This document shows, piece by piece, positions 25,566-36,818 of a stretch of DNA of 64,000 nucleotides; within the stretch, counting starts at the first letter, position 1; each line of letters opens with the position of its first letter. The position numbers and the translations under genes are program-made. Below the pieces are notes generated by a model that was not told the origin of the DNA, ran no database searches, and was given only the letters and a program-made list of their open reading frames with translations. The stretch is from Escherichia coli (GTDB taxonomy: Bacteria > Pseudomonadota > Gammaproteobacteria > Enterobacterales > Enterobacteriaceae): NCBI RefSeq assembly GCF_003790525.1, contig NZ_CP033635.1; one strand, 5' to 3'.

Positions 25566-26462
25566 GTGAAACAGGATCTGTCACGCATCGAGCAGTTTCT
25601 TGATGCTCTGTGGCTGGAAAAAAATCTGGCTGAAAATACGTTGAACGCTTACCGTCGCGATCTGTCAATGATGGTGGAGTGGTTGCATCACCGCGGGTTG
25701 ACGCTGGCGACGGCGCAAAGTGACGATTTGCAGGCATTACTGGCAGAACGGCTGGAGGGCGGGTATAAAGCCACCAGCTCAGCGCGTTTGCTGAGTGCAG
25801 TGCGCCGATTGTTCCAGTATCTTTATCGCGAAAAGTTTCGTGAAGACGATCCCAGTGCGCATCTCGCTTCACCGAAATTGCCCCAGCGTTTGCCAAAAGA
25901 TTTAAGCGAAGCGCAGGTCGAACGTTTATTACAGGCACCATTAATTGATCAGCCACTGGAGCTACGCGATAAAGCCATGCTTGAAGTGTTGTATGCTACC
26001 GGGCTGCGTGTCTCTGAACTGGTCGGGCTGACAATGAGTGATATCAGCCTGCGTCAGGGCGTAGTGCGGGTCATTGGTAAAGGCAACAAAGAGCGCCTGG
26101 TGCCGTTAGGTGAAGAGGCGGTTTACTGGCTGGAAACGTATCTCGAGCATGGGCGACCGTGGCTGCTGAATGGTGTGTCAATTGACGTGTTGTTCCCCAG
26201 TCAGCGTGCGCAGCAGATGACGCGACAGACCTTCTGGCACCGCATTAAACATTATGCCGTGCTGGCGGGGATCGACAGCGAAAAGCTGTCACCGCATGTG
26301 TTGCGTCACGCTTTTGCCACTCACTTATTAAATCATGGTGCGGATTTACGCGTGGTGCAGATGCTACTGGGCCACAGCGATCTCTCCACCACGCAAATTT
26401 ATACGCATGTCGCTACCGAGCGTCTGCGGCAACTTCATCAACAGCATCACCCGCGGGCGTGA
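25566..26462 (+). CDS. xerD: Site-specific tyrosine recombinase XerD
   Basis: 298-aa ORF with GTG start; C-terminal HVLRHAFATHLLNHGADLRVVQMLLGHSDLSTTQIYTHV catalytic region. Confidence 0.92.
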   Translation: MKQDLSRIEQFLDALWLEKNLAENTLNAYRRDLSMMVEWLHHRGLTLATAQSDDLQALLAERLEGGYKATSSARLLSAVRRLFQYLYREKFREDDPSAHLASPKLPQRLPKDLSEAQVERLLQAPLIDQPLELRDKAMLEVLYATGLRVSELVGLTMSDISLRQGVVRVIGKGNKERLVPLGEEAVYWLETYLEHGRPWLLNGVSIDVLFPSQRAQQMTRQTFWHRIKHYAVLAGIDSEKLSPHVLRHAFATHLLNHGADLRVVQMLLGHSDLSTTQIYTHVATERLRQLHQQHHPRA

Positions 26463-26486
26463 TGTCTGAAAAGAACGGGAAGATTT

Positions 26487-27197
26487 ATGAAGAAAGGTTT
26501 TATGTTGTTTACTTTGTTAGCGGCGTTTTCAGGCTTTGCTCAGGCTGATGACGCGGCAATTCAACAAACGTTAGCCAAAATGGGCATCAAAAGCAGCGAT
26601 ATTCAGCCCGCGCCCGTAGCTGGCATGAAGACAGTTCTGACTAACAGCGGCGTGTTGTACATCACCGATGATGGTAAACATATCATTCAGGGGCCAATGT
26701 ATGACGTTAGCGGCACGGCTCCGGTCAATGTCACCAATAAGATGCTGTTAAAGCAGTTGAATGCGCTTGAAAAAGAGATGATCGTTTATAAAGCGCCGCA
26801 GGAAAAACACGTCATCACCGTGTTTACTGATATTACCTGTGGTTACTGCCACAAACTGCATGAGCAAATGGCAGACTACAACGCGCTGGGGATCACCGTG
26901 CGTTATCTTGCTTTCCCGCGCCAGGGGCTGGAGAGCCAGGCTGAGCAACAAATGAAAGCCATCTGGTGTGCGAAAGATAAAAAGAAAGCGTTTGATGATG
27001 TGATGGCGGGTAAAGCTGCCACTCCGGCAAGTTGCGATATCGATATTGCCGATCATTACGCACTTGGCGTCCAGCTTGGCGTTAGCGGCACTCCGGCAAT
27101 TGTGCTGAGCAATGGCACACTTGTTCCGGGTTACCAGCCACCGAAAGACATGAAAGAATTCCTCGACGAACACCAAAAAATGACCAGCGGTAAATAA
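26487..27197 (+). CDS. dsbC: Thiol:disulfide interchange protein DsbC
   Basis: 236-aa ORF with signal peptide and CGYC active site. Confidence 0.92.
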   Translation: MKKGFMLFTLLAAFSGFAQADDAAIQQTLAKMGIKSSDIQPAPVAGMKTVLTNSGVLYITDDGKHIIQGPMYDVSGTAPVNVTNKMLLKQLNALEKEMIVYKAPQEKHVITVFTDITCGYCHKLHEQMADYNALGITVRYLAFPRQGLESQAEQQMKAIWCAKDKKKAFDDVMAGKAATPASCDIDIADHYALGVQLGVSGTPAIVLSNGTLVPGYQPPKDMKEFLDEHQKMTSGK

Positions 27198-27202
27198 TTC
27201 GC

Positions 27203-28936
27203 GTGAAACAACAGATACAACTTCGTCGCCGTGAAGTCGATGAAACGGCAGACTTGCCCGCTGAATTGCCTCCCTTGCTGCGCCGTTTATACGCCAGCCG
27301 GGGCGTGCGCAGTGCGCAAGAACTGGAACGCAGTGTTAAAGGGTTGCTGCCCTGGCAGCAACTGAGCGGCGTCGAAAAGGCCGTTGAGATCCTTTACAAC
27401 GCTTTTCGCGAAGGAACGCGGATTATTGTGGTCGGTGATTTCGACGCCGACGGGGCCACCAGCACGGCTCTAAGCGTGCTGGCGATGCGCTCGCTTGGTT
27501 GCAGCAATATCGACTACCTGGTTCCAAACCGTTTCGAAGACGGTTACGGCTTAAGCCCGGAAGTAGTCGATCAGGCTCATGCCCGTGGCGCGCAGTTAAT
27601 TGTCACGGTGGATAACGGTATTTCCTCCCATGCGGGGGTTGAACACGCTCGTTCGTTGGGCATTCCGGTTATTGTTACCGATCACCATTTGCCAGGCGAC
27701 ACATTACCCGCAGCGGAAGCGATCATTAACCCTAACTTGCGCGACTGTAATTTCCCGTCGAAATCACTGGCAGGCGTGGGTGTGGCGTTTTATCTGATGC
27801 TGGCTCTGCGCACCTTTTTGCGCGATCAGGGCTGGTTTGATGAGCGCGGCATCGCAATTCCTAATCTGGCAGAACTGCTGGATCTGGTCGCGCTGGGGAC
27901 AGTGGCGGACGTCGTACCGCTGGACGCTAATAATCGCATTCTGACCTGGCAGGGGATGAGTCGCATCCGTGCCGGTAAGTGCCGTCCGGGGATTAAAGCG
28001 CTGCTGGAAGTGGCAAATCGCGATGCGCAAAAACTCGCCGCCAGCGATTTAGGTTTTGCGCTGGGGCCACGTCTCAATGCTGCCGGGCGACTGGACGATA
28101 TGTCCGTTGGCGTGGCGCTGTTGCTGTGCGACAACATCGGCGAAGCGCGCGTGCTGGCAAATGAACTCGATGCGCTAAACCAGACGCGAAAAGAGATCGA
28201 ACAGGGAATGCAAGTTGAGGCCCTGACCTTGTGCGAGAAACTGGAGCGCAGCCGCGACACACTACCCGGCGGGCTGGCAATGTATCACCCCGAATGGCAT
28301 CAGGGCGTTGTCGGTATTCTGGCTTCGCGCATCAAAGAGCGTTTTCACCGTCCGGTTATCGCCTTTGCGCCAGCAGGTGATGGTACGCTGAAAGGTTCCG
28401 GTCGCTCCATTCAGGGGCTACATATGCGTGATGCGCTGGAGCGGTTAGACACACTCTACCCCGGCATGATGCTGAAGTTTGGCGGTCATGCGATGGCGGC
28501 AGGCCTGTCGCTGGAAGAGGATAAATTCGAACTCTTTCAGCAACGGTTTGGCGAACTGGTTACTGAGTGGCTGGACCCTTCGCTATTGCAGGGCGAAGTG
28601 GTGTCAGATGGTCCGCTAAGCCCAGCCGAAATGACCATGGAAGTGGCGCAGCTGTTGCGCGATGCTGGCCCGTGGGGGCAGATGTTCCCGGAGCCGCTGT
28701 TTGATGGTCATTTCCGTCTGCTGCAACAGCGGCTGGTGGGCGAGCGTCATTTGAAAGTCATGGTCGAGCCGGTCGGCGGCGGTCCACTGCTGGACGGGAT
28801 TGCTTTTAATGTCGATACCGCCCTCTGGCCGGATAACGGTGTGCGCGAAGTGCAACTGGCTTACAAGCTCGATATCAACGAGTTTCGCGGCAACCGCAGC
28901 CTGCAAATTATCATCGACAATATCTGGCCAATTTAG
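27203..28936 (+). CDS. recJ: Single-stranded-DNA-specific exonuclease RecJ
   Basis: 577-aa ORF, GTG start, DHH motif VTDHHLPG. Confidence 0.92.
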   Translation: MKQQIQLRRREVDETADLPAELPPLLRRLYASRGVRSAQELERSVKGLLPWQQLSGVEKAVEILYNAFREGTRIIVVGDFDADGATSTALSVLAMRSLGCSNIDYLVPNRFEDGYGLSPEVVDQAHARGAQLIVTVDNGISSHAGVEHARSLGIPVIVTDHHLPGDTLPAAEAIINPNLRDCNFPSKSLAGVGVAFYLMLALRTFLRDQGWFDERGIAIPNLAELLDLVALGTVADVVPLDANNRILTWQGMSRIRAGKCRPGIKALLEVANRDAQKLAASDLGFALGPRLNAAGRLDDMSVGVALLLCDNIGEARVLANELDALNQTRKEIEQGMQVEALTLCEKLERSRDTLPGGLAMYHPEWHQGVVGILASRIKERFHRPVIAFAPAGDGTLKGSGRSIQGLHMRDALERLDTLYPGMMLKFGGHAMAAGLSLEEDKFELFQQRFGELVTEWLDPSLLQGEVVSDGPLSPAEMTMEVAQLLRDAGPWGQMFPEPLFDGHFRLLQQRLVGERHLKVMVEPVGGGPLLDGIAFNVDTALWPDNGVREVQLAYKLDINEFRGNRSLQIIIDNIWPI

Positions 28937-29026
28937 CGTCATCTTCTCTATAAAAAAGAGCGTGGATTGGGTACAATCCCGCTCTTATCACCGCATTTTG
29001 ACTAGCTCAATAAAAGAAATCAGACC

Positions 29027-30125
29027 ATGTTTGAAATTAATCCGGTAAATAATCGCATTCAGGACCTCACGGAACGCTCCGACGTTCTTAGGGGGTATCT
29101 TTGACTATGACGCCAAGAAAGAGCGTCTGGAAGAAGTAAACGCCGAGCTGGAACAGCCGGATGTCTGGAACGAACCCGAACGCGCACAGGCGCTGGGTAA
29201 AGAGCGTTCCTCCCTCGAAGCCGTTGTCGACACCCTCGACCAAATGAAACAGGGGCTGGAAGATGTTTCTGGTCTGCTGGAACTGGCTGTAGAAGCTGAC
29301 GACGAAGAAACCTTTAACGAAGCCGTTGCTGAACTCGACGCCCTGGAAGAAAAACTGGCGCAGCTTGAGTTCCGCCGTATGTTCTCTGGCGAATATGACA
29401 GCGCCGACTGCTACCTCGATATTCAGGCGGGGTCTGGCGGTACGGAAGCACAGGACTGGGCGAGCATGCTTGAGCGTATGTATCTGCGCTGGGCTGAATC
29501 GCGTGGTTTCAAAACTGAAATCATTGAAGAGTCGGAAGGTGAAGTGGCGGGTATTAAATCCGTGACGATCAAAATCTCCGGCGATTACGCTTATGGCTGG
29601 CTGCGTACAGAAACCGGCGTTCACCGCCTGGTGCGTAAGAGCCCGTTTGACTCCGGCGGTCGTCGCCACACGTCGTTCAGCTCCGCGTTTGTTTACCCGG
29701 AAGTTGATGATGATATCGATATCGAAATCAATCCGGCGGATCTGCGCATCGACGTTTATCGCGCATCCGGCGCGGGCGGTCAGCACGTTAACCGTACCGA
29801 ATCTGCGGTGCGTATTACTCACATCCCAACCGGGATCGTGACTCAGTGCCAGAACGACCGTTCCCAGCACAAGAACAAAGACCAGGCCATGAAGCAGATG
29901 AAAGCGAAGCTTTATGAACTGGAGATGCAGAAGAAAAATGCCGAGAAACAGGCGATGGAAGATAACAAATCCGACATCGGCTGGGGCAGCCAGATTCGTT
30001 CTTATGTCCTTGATGACTCCCGCATTAAAGATCTGCGCACCGGGGTAGAAACCCGCAACACGCAGGCCGTGCTGGACGGCAGCCTGGATCAATTTATCGA
30101 AGCAAGTTTGAAAGCAGGGTTATGA
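29027..30125 (+). CDS. prfB: Peptide chain release factor 2, expressed through a programmed +1 ribosomal frameshift
   Basis: Frame 0 ATG at 29027 encodes [25 protein letters not shown] then in-frame TGA at 29102-29104 within CTT TGA C; the +1 frame from 29103 continues [16 protein letters not shown]... to 30125 (the 293-aa ORF in the track is the downstream part). Internal SD AGGGGG sits just upstream of the shift site. Confidence 0.9.
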
Positions 30126-30134
30126 GGAACCAAC

Positions 30135-31652
30135 ATGTCTGAACAAAACGCACAGGGCGCTGACGCGGTAGTCGATCTTAACAATGAACTGAAAACGCGT
30201 CGTGAGAAGCTGGCGAACCTGCGCGAGCAGGGGATTGCCTTCCCGAACGATTTCCGTCGCGATCATACCTCTGACCAATTGCACGCAGAATTCGACGGCA
30301 AAGAGAACGAAGAACTGGAAGCGCTGAACATCGAAGTCGCCGTTGCTGGCCGCATGATGACCCGTCGTATTATGGGTAAAGCGTCTTTCGTTACCCTGCA
30401 GGACGTTGGCGGTCGCATTCAGCTGTACGTTGCCCGTGACGATCTGCCGGAAGGCGTTTATAACGATCAATTCAAAAAATGGGACCTTGGTGACATCCTC
30501 GGCGCGAAAGGTAAACTGTTCAAAACCAAAACCGGCGAACTGTCTATCCACTGTACCGAGCTGCGTCTGCTGACCAAAGCACTGCGTCCGCTGCCGGATA
30601 AATTCCACGGCTTGCAGGATCAGGAAGCGCGCTATCGTCAGCGTTATCTGGATCTCATCTCTAACGATGAATCCCGCAACACCTTTAAAGTGCGCTCGCA
30701 GATCCTCTCTGGTATTCGCCAGTTCATGGTGAACCGCGGCTTTATGGAAGTTGAAACGCCGATGATGCAGGTGATCCCTGGCGGTGCCGCTGCGCGTCCG
30801 TTTATCACTCACCATAACGCGCTGGATCTCGACATGTACCTGCGTATCGCGCCGGAACTGTACCTCAAGCGTCTGGTGGTCGGTGGCTTCGAGCGTGTAT
30901 TCGAAATCAACCGTAACTTCCGTAACGAAGGTATTTCCGTACGTCATAACCCAGAGTTCACCATGATGGAACTCTATATGGCTTACGCAGATTACAAAGA
31001 TCTGATCGAGCTGACCGAATCGCTGTTCCGTACTCTGGCACAGGATATTCTCGGTAAGACGGAAGTGACCTACGGCGACGTAACGCTGGACTTCGGTAAA
31101 CCGTTCGAAAAACTGACCATGCGTGAAGCGATCAAGAAATATCGCCCGGAAACCGACATGGCGGATCTGGACAACTTCGACTCTGCGAAAGCGATTGCTG
31201 AATCTATCGGCATCCACGTTGAGAAGAGCTGGGGTCTGGGCCGTATCGTTACCGAGATCTTCGAAGAAGTGGCAGAAGCACATCTGATTCAGCCGACCTT
31301 CATTACTGAATATCCGGCAGAAGTTTCTCCGCTGGCGCGTCGTAACGACGTTAACCCGGAAATCACAGACCGCTTTGAGTTCTTTATCGGTGGTCGTGAA
31401 ATCGGTAACGGCTTTAGCGAACTGAATGACGCGGAAGATCAGGCGCAGCGCTTCCTGGATCAGGTTGCCGCGAAAGATGCAGGTGACGACGAAGCGATGT
31501 TCTACGATGAAGATTACGTCACCGCACTGGAACATGGCTTACCGCCGACAGCAGGTCTGGGAATTGGTATCGACCGTATGGTAATGCTGTTCACCAACAG
31601 CCATACCATCCGCGACGTTATTCTGTTCCCGGCGATGCGTCCGGTAAAATAA
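30135..31652 (+). CDS. lysS: Lysine--tRNA ligase
   Basis: 505-aa [36 protein letters not shown]; 9 nt downstream of prfB. Confidence 0.93.
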   Translation: MSEQNAQGADAVVDLNNELKTRREKLANLREQGIAFPNDFRRDHTSDQLHAEFDGKENEELEALNIEVAVAGRMMTRRIMGKASFVTLQDVGGRIQLYVARDDLPEGVYNDQFKKWDLGDILGAKGKLFKTKTGELSIHCTELRLLTKALRPLPDKFHGLQDQEARYRQRYLDLISNDESRNTFKVRSQILSGIRQFMVNRGFMEVETPMMQVIPGGAAARPFITHHNALDLDMYLRIAPELYLKRLVVGGFERVFEINRNFRNEGISVRHNPEFTMMELYMAYADYKDLIELTESLFRTLAQDILGKTEVTYGDVTLDFGKPFEKLTMREAIKKYRPETDMADLDNFDSAKAIAESIGIHVEKSWGLGRIVTEIFEEVAEAHLIQPTFITEYPAEVSPLARRNDVNPEITDRFEFFIGGREIGNGFSELNDAEDQAQRFLDQVAAKDAGDDEAMFYDEDYVTALEHGLPPTAGLGIGIDRMVMLFTNSHTIRDVILFPAMRPVK

Positions 31653-31671
31653 GCATTACGTTATGCTCACA

Positions 31672-31697
31672 ACCCCGGCAAATGTCGGGGTTTTTTA
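31672..31697. terminator. Terminator hairpin shared by convergent lysS and idi
   Basis: ccccggca-aatgt-cgggg hairpin followed by tttttt on the plus strand; overlaps the idi 3' end. Confidence 0.55.
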
Positions 31698-32243
31698 ATT
31701 GTGCTGCGCGAAAGCAGACAACAATTTTCTTGCTTCACTATTGGCTGCCTGCATCACCATCCACGGACTGAACGCCCACGGCGTGGCATCAATACCGTGT
31801 AATACATCTGCTAAATCACACCATTGATAATCCATCACTTCATCATCGTTGATCTGTAACGCACTGGTGGTGCGTGCGGCAAATACCGGACACACTTCAT
31901 TTTCCACAATGCCATTCGGATCGGTGGCGCGATAGTAGAAGTCAGGATAGATAGATTCAGGAGGCGTAATTTCCACGCCAAGCTCATAACGGCAACGGCG
32001 GATCACCGCGTCTTCGTTGCTTTCTCCCAGTTGTGGGTGCCCACAAACCGAGTTAGTCCACACGCCAGGCCACGCTTTTTTGCTAAGGGCGCGGCGGGTA
32101 ACTAATAATTGCCCTTTGGCATTAAACAGCCAACTGGAAAACGCGAGATGTAAGAGGGTGTCTGCCGTGTGTGCGGCATACTTTTCCAGCGTACCCGTGG
32201 GAACTCCCTGTGCATTCAATAAAATGACGTGTTCCGTTTGCAT
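31695..32243 (-). CDS. idi: Isopentenyl-diphosphate delta-isomerase (Nudix fold)
   Basis: 182-aa [29 protein letters not shown]. Confidence 0.9.
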   Translation of the reverse strand: MQTEHVILLNAQGVPTGTLEKYAAHTADTLLHLAFSSWLFNAKGQLLVTRRALSKKAWPGVWTNSVCGHPQLGESNEDAVIRRCRYELGVEITPPESIYPDFYYRATDPNGIVENEVCPVFAARTTSALQINDDEVMDYQWCDLADVLHGIDATPWAFSPWMVMQAANSEARKLLSAFAQHN

Positions 32244-32364
32244 AATTTCTCACATGTAATTCTAATCACTCATCATTATAGATAATTGAAGAGTGAAATG
32301 ATTAACCAAGTGAGCGTTTATCGACAACCGCCCGTTTTGAGCGGATGTCGACAGGTAAAACCAT

Positions 32365-32490
32365 TTAAAAAAGCAGCATCATATATTTGAAGCGACTTTC
32401 AATGGCCATTGCAACACAGTCAGAAATGACAGGAATAGAGAGAGTAAAAAGCAACAACAGACTGAATATAGCGCGCATTAAAAGATTCAT
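32365..32490 (-). CDS. Small hydrophobic protein, 41 aa (possibly the K-12 small protein YqfG; identity unverified)
   Basis: Minus-strand ATG at 32490 preceded by SD GGAGA, 2 nt after the uacT stop; encodes MNLLMRAIFSLLLLFTLSIPVISDCVAMAIESRFKYMMLLF. Not in the ORF track because it is under 60 aa. Confidence 0.4.
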   Translation of the reverse strand: MNLLMRAIFSLLLLFTLSIPVISDCVAMAIESRFKYMMLLF

Positions 32491-32491
32491 A

Positions 32492-33940
32492 TTATTCTCC
32501 ATGCTCATTTTTCTTCAGCTTGCGCATCAGAAGCCACATACGTACTGTCCTGACTTTTAAATCTTTATCAGAGACGGATTCCTTCACCAGGTCAGCATGA
32601 TGCTGGTAGCCATTAAAGAAGACGTTCAGCACAACGGCGCTAAGGGTTGCGAGCATAATGCCGCTATGCAGCAACGGTTGCAGTACGGCCGGTAACTTAG
32701 AAAAGAAATCGTGAGAGAGCGTCGGAGTCATGCCAACGCCGAGACTGATCGCCACAATATAGAGGTTGTAACGGTTGGTGGTGTAGTTACAGCGCGACAG
32801 AATTCGAATCCCTGTCGCCAGTACCATGCCGAACATCACCAGCCCTGCGCCGCCAAGCACAAATTGCGGAATCGAGGCGACCAGCACCGCCATTTTGGGC
32901 ACCATGCCAAACATGATTAATATAATTCCCGAAGAAATACACACCCAGCGGCTATGAACGCGCGTCACGCTAACCAGGCCAACGTTTTGTGAAAATGACG
33001 TGTGGGGGAAGCTGTTAAACGTTCCGCCTATCATTGTCCCTACGCCATCGACACGCAGCCCGCGAATAATATCGTGTGAAGAGAGTTTACGACCGACTAT
33101 TTCACCCAGTGCCAGGAACATCCCCATCGACTCGATAAACACGATGATTAACACGGCAGTCATGGTCAGAATGGAAACGGGATCGAAAATCGGCATACCA
33201 AATGACATCGGCGTGACAATCGCAAACCACGAGGCATCATGTAGCCCGGATAAATTGACTTCATTCATCATCCACGAAAGTAAAAAGCCAAATACAATCC
33301 CCAGTAATACGGCGACGTTGGACATAAATCCTTTCGCATAGCGAGTAATGAGCAAGATAAAAATTAAGACAGCAAAGGAGATACCTAAATAAACGGGATT
33401 ACCATATTGCGGATTCCCTTTACCTCCTGCGGCCCAGTCAATACCCACCTGAATGATGCTAAGTCCGATAGAAGTAATCACCACACCGGTAACCAGTGGC
33501 GGGAATAAAGGCATCAAGCGACCGATAAGTGGCGCTAATAATGTGGTGATAAAACCCGCGGCGATAGTGGCACCAAATATCCCCAGCAGGCCGATATCCG
33601 GGTTCATCCCAATGGCTATCATTGGTGTTACAGCGGCGAAGGTCACCGACATAATCACCGGCAGGCGGATCCCCATAAAGCGGCCGATACCGATACATTG
33701 CAATAATGTGACGATCCCGCAGCAAAAGAGATCCGAGCTAATGAGCATCGCAATAGCTTCTTTTGAGAGGCCCAGTCGGTCGCCAATCATAAGAGGAACA
33801 GCGACTGCACCTGCGTACATGACAAGGACGTGTTGCAGACCGAGTATGATCAGCTTTCCTGGTGATAATATGCGGTCAACCTCATCAGTTGGGCGGTCTT
33901 GCCCTGAAGATGAGGGAAGTTGGGAATCTATGGCGCTCAT
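32492..33940 (-). CDS. uacT: Uric acid transporter (NCS2/NAT family permease)
   Basis: ORF track 525 aa; trimmed to MSAIDSQLPSSSGQDRPTDEV (482 aa) with SD aaggaga. Confidence 0.85.
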   Translation of the reverse strand: MSAIDSQLPSSSGQDRPTDEVDRILSPGKLIILGLQHVLVMYAGAVAVPLMIGDRLGLSKEAIAMLISSDLFCCGIVTLLQCIGIGRFMGIRLPVIMSVTFAAVTPMIAIGMNPDIGLLGIFGATIAAGFITTLLAPLIGRLMPLFPPLVTGVVITSIGLSIIQVGIDWAAGGKGNPQYGNPVYLGISFAVLIFILLITRYAKGFMSNVAVLLGIVFGFLLSWMMNEVNLSGLHDASWFAIVTPMSFGMPIFDPVSILTMTAVLIIVFIESMGMFLALGEIVGRKLSSHDIIRGLRVDGVGTMIGGTFNSFPHTSFSQNVGLVSVTRVHSRWVCISSGIILIMFGMVPKMAVLVASIPQFVLGGAGLVMFGMVLATGIRILSRCNYTTNRYNLYIVAISLGVGMTPTLSHDFFSKLPAVLQPLLHSGIMLATLSAVVLNVFFNGYQHHADLVKESVSDKDLKVRTVRMWLLMRKLKKNEHGE

Positions 33941-34375
33941 CAGTGTTTCTCCTTTCGCTCGCCAGAGTAAAAAGCAACCGTTTACGTTCATGAAACTGTC
34001 TAAACACATGCTCGTGGAGTGCCAGTTTTTGCGAGGAAGGGGAGTTAGAGACAGGAATTGCGGAGGCAATCACATAATCGTGGTTAAACCACGAAAATGA
34101 GAAGAGAACCTGACAATGGAATTATCTGTAATTTTCTCATATTGATATTTCATTAATCATTCTGGCATGTCGCACTCTCGCATTTAATCGTTTTTATCTG
34201 GATAGCATTCTTTTGATCGGCAATGTTGAAATAATGAAAGCTGCATAGATTGAGGGGCAATAATTTGAACTCAGTCGCAAAATTATAATTAAATCGGCCA
34301 TGCTACCTAATATATGCCCATTTATTGCATCGCGAAATTTGAGAAGACATAACTCATTAAATGAAAGGGATGCAA

Positions 34376-36295
34376 ATGAATAAGTTTATCGCTGCTGAAG
34401 CTGCGGAATGTATAGGCTGTCATGCTTGTGAAATTGCCTGTGCGATGGCACATAATCAAGAAAACTGGCCGCTGAGTCACAGTGACTTTCGACCGCGTAT
34501 CCACGTTGTAGGGAAAGGCCAAGCTGCGAATCCGGTGGCCTGCCATCACTGCAACAATGCCCCTTGCGTTACGGCTTGTCCGGTTAATGCTCTGACTTTC
34601 CAGCCCGATAGCGTACAACTGGACGAGCAAAAATGTATTGGTTGTAAAAGATGCGCAATCGCTTGCCCCTTTGGCGTCGTTGAGATGGTCGATACGATTG
34701 CGCAGAAATGCGACCTTTGTAACCAGCGCAGTTCCGGCACGCAAGCCTGTATTGACGTCTGCCCAACACAGGCGTTACGGCTGATGGACGATAAAGGGTT
34801 GCAGCAGATAAAGGTGGCCCGCCAGCGCAAAACGGCAGCAGGAAAAGCGTCATCAGACGCTCAGCCATCTCGCAGTGCGGCGTTGCTCCCCGTTAACTCG
34901 CGTAAAGGCGCAGATAAAATTTCAGCGAGTGAACGGAAAACCCACTTTGGCGAAATCTATTACGGGCTGGATCCACAACAAGCGACTTATGAGAGTGACC
35001 GCTGTGTTTATTGCGCCGAAAAAGCTAACTGCAACTGGTATTGCCCGCTGCATAACGCTATTCCGGATTACATCCGTCTGGTACAGGAAGGAAAGATTAT
35101 TGAAGCGGCAGAACTTTGCCACCAGACCAGTTCCTTACCCGAAATCTGCGGCAGGGTATGTCCACAGGACCGTCTTTGTGAAGGCGCATGTACTTTGAAA
35201 GATCACTCTGGCGCAGTCTCTATCGGGAATCTGGAACGCTACATCACCGATACTGCGTTGGCGATGGGCTGGCGTCCCAATGTCAGCAAAGTTGTTCCCC
35301 GTAGCGAAAAAGTGGCGGTGATTGGCGCTGGACCTGCAGGATTAGGGTGTGCTGATATTCTGGCGCGCGCGGGAGTTCAGGTTGATGTCTTTGATCGCCA
35401 TCCAGAAATTGGCGGTATGCTGACTTTTGGCATTCCTCCTTTCAAACTCGATAAAACGGTATTAAGCCAGCGGCGAGAGATATTCACCGCAATGGGAATC
35501 GACTTTCATCTTAACTGTGAAATTGGCCGCGATATTACCTTTAGCGATTTAACTTCTGAATATGATGCAGTTTTCATCGGCGTGGGGACTTACGGGATGA
35601 TGCGAGCAGATCTGCCGCATGAAGATGCGCCCGGTGTCATTCAGGCTCTACCGTTCCTGACTGCCCATACCCGCCAGCTCATGGGGTTGCCGGAGTCTGA
35701 AGAGTATCCGCTGACGGATGTGGAAGGTAAGCGAGTCGTGGTATTGGGCGGTGGCGATACGACCATGGATTGTTTGCGGACTTCCATCCGCCTCAATGCC
35801 GCCAGCGTGACCTGCGCGTATCGTCGTGATGAAGTCAGTATGCCGGGCTCGCGCAAAGAGGTGGTCAATGCGCGCGAGGAAGGTGTCGAGTTTCAATTCA
35901 ATGTTCAGCCGCAATATATCGCTTGTGACGAAGATGGGCGTTTAACTGCGGTGGGCCTGATTCGTACCGCCATGGGTGAGCCGGGGCCGGATGGTCGCCG
36001 TCGTCCTCGTCCGGTAGCGGGTTCAGAGTTTGAATTGCCCGCCGATGTTCTCATTATGGCCTTTGGTTTCCAGGCGCATGCCATGCCGTGGTTGCAGGGC
36101 AGCGGAATTAAACTCGATAAATGGGGCCTGATTCAAACCGGTGACGTCGGGTATTTACCTACCCAGACGCATCTGAAAAAAGTCTTTGCTGGTGGTGATG
36201 CTGTTCATGGCGCGGATCTGGTTGTCACTGCAATGGTCGCAGGAAGGCAGGCGGCGCGCGATATGTTAACTCTGTTTGATACGAAGGCATCGTGA
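34376..36295 (+). CDS. ygfT: Fe-S/FAD oxidoreductase YgfT (N-terminal 4Fe-4S ferredoxin domains fused to a glutamate-synthase-small-subunit-like pyridine nucleotide-disulfide oxidoreductase)
   Basis: ORF track 644 aa from 34361; start set at the third ATG ([22 protein letters not shown]), which has SD aaggga. Cys-rich CxxCxxCxxxCP motifs and GAGPAGL dinucleotide fold. Confidence 0.8.
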   Translation: MNKFIAAEAAECIGCHACEIACAMAHNQENWPLSHSDFRPRIHVVGKGQAANPVACHHCNNAPCVTACPVNALTFQPDSVQLDEQKCIGCKRCAIACPFGVVEMVDTIAQKCDLCNQRSSGTQACIDVCPTQALRLMDDKGLQQIKVARQRKTAAGKASSDAQPSRSAALLPVNSRKGADKISASERKTHFGEIYYGLDPQQATYESDRCVYCAEKANCNWYCPLHNAIPDYIRLVQEGKIIEAAELCHQTSSLPEICGRVCPQDRLCEGACTLKDHSGAVSIGNLERYITDTALAMGWRPNVSKVVPRSEKVAVIGAGPAGLGCADILARAGVQVDVFDRHPEIGGMLTFGIPPFKLDKTVLSQRREIFTAMGIDFHLNCEIGRDITFSDLTSEYDAVFIGVGTYGMMRADLPHEDAPGVIQALPFLTAHTRQLMGLPESEEYPLTDVEGKRVVVLGGGDTTMDCLRTSIRLNAASVTCAYRRDEVSMPGSRKEVVNAREEGVEFQFNVQPQYIACDEDGRLTAVGLIRTAMGEPGPDGRRRPRPVAGSEFELPADVLIMAFGFQAHAMPWLQGSGIKLDKWGLIQTGDVGYLPTQTHLKKVFAGGDAVHGADLVVTAMVAGRQAARDMLTLFDTKAS

Positions 36296-36783
36296 TGAAA
36301 TCGTTAATTATCGTTAATCCGGCTGACTGTATTGGCTGCCGTACTTGTGAAGTAGCCTGTGTGGTCGCTCACCCTTCAGAACAGGAGTTGAATGCCGATG
36401 TCTTTTTACCCCGGCTGAAGGTACAGCGACTGGACAGCATCAGTGCGCCGGTGATGTGCCATCAGTGTGAAAACGCCCCTTGTGTTAGCGCTTGCCCCGT
36501 GGGGGCGCTGACGATGGGCGAGCAGGTGGTGCAGACCAATTCTGCCCGTTGTATTGGCTGTCAGAGTTGCGTCAGTGCGTGCCCGTTTGGAATGATCACC
36601 ATTCAGTCGTTGCCGGGGGATACCCGGCAACAAATCGTGAAATGCGATCTCTGTGAACAGCGGGAAGAGGGGCCAGCCTGCGTTGAATCTTGCCCAACAC
36701 AGGCGCTGCAGTTGCTTACTGAAAGAGAACTCAGGCGAGTCCGCCAGCAGCGTATTGTTGCCAGCGGTGAGAATCCTCTGTGA
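36295..36783 (+). CDS. ygfS: 4Fe-4S ferredoxin-type protein YgfS
   Basis: 162 aa from ATG at 36295 (track starts at GTG 36292); several CxxCxxCxxxCP motifs. Start overlaps the ygfT stop. Confidence 0.8.
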   Translation: MKSLIIVNPADCIGCRTCEVACVVAHPSEQELNADVFLPRLKVQRLDSISAPVMCHQCENAPCVSACPVGALTMGEQVVQTNSARCIGCQSCVSACPFGMITIQSLPGDTRQQIVKCDLCEQREEGPACVESCPTQALQLLTERELRRVRQQRIVASGENPL

Positions 36784-36818
36784 AAGAAATCTCCGCGCTG
36801 AAAGGCGCAGAGAATCTA

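Noticed and set aside
29088-31535. Long minus-strand ORFs (334 aa and 471 aa) antisense to prfB and lysS
   Set aside because: They lie entirely inside highly conserved essential genes on the opposite strand, and their translations look like low-complexity antisense artefacts.
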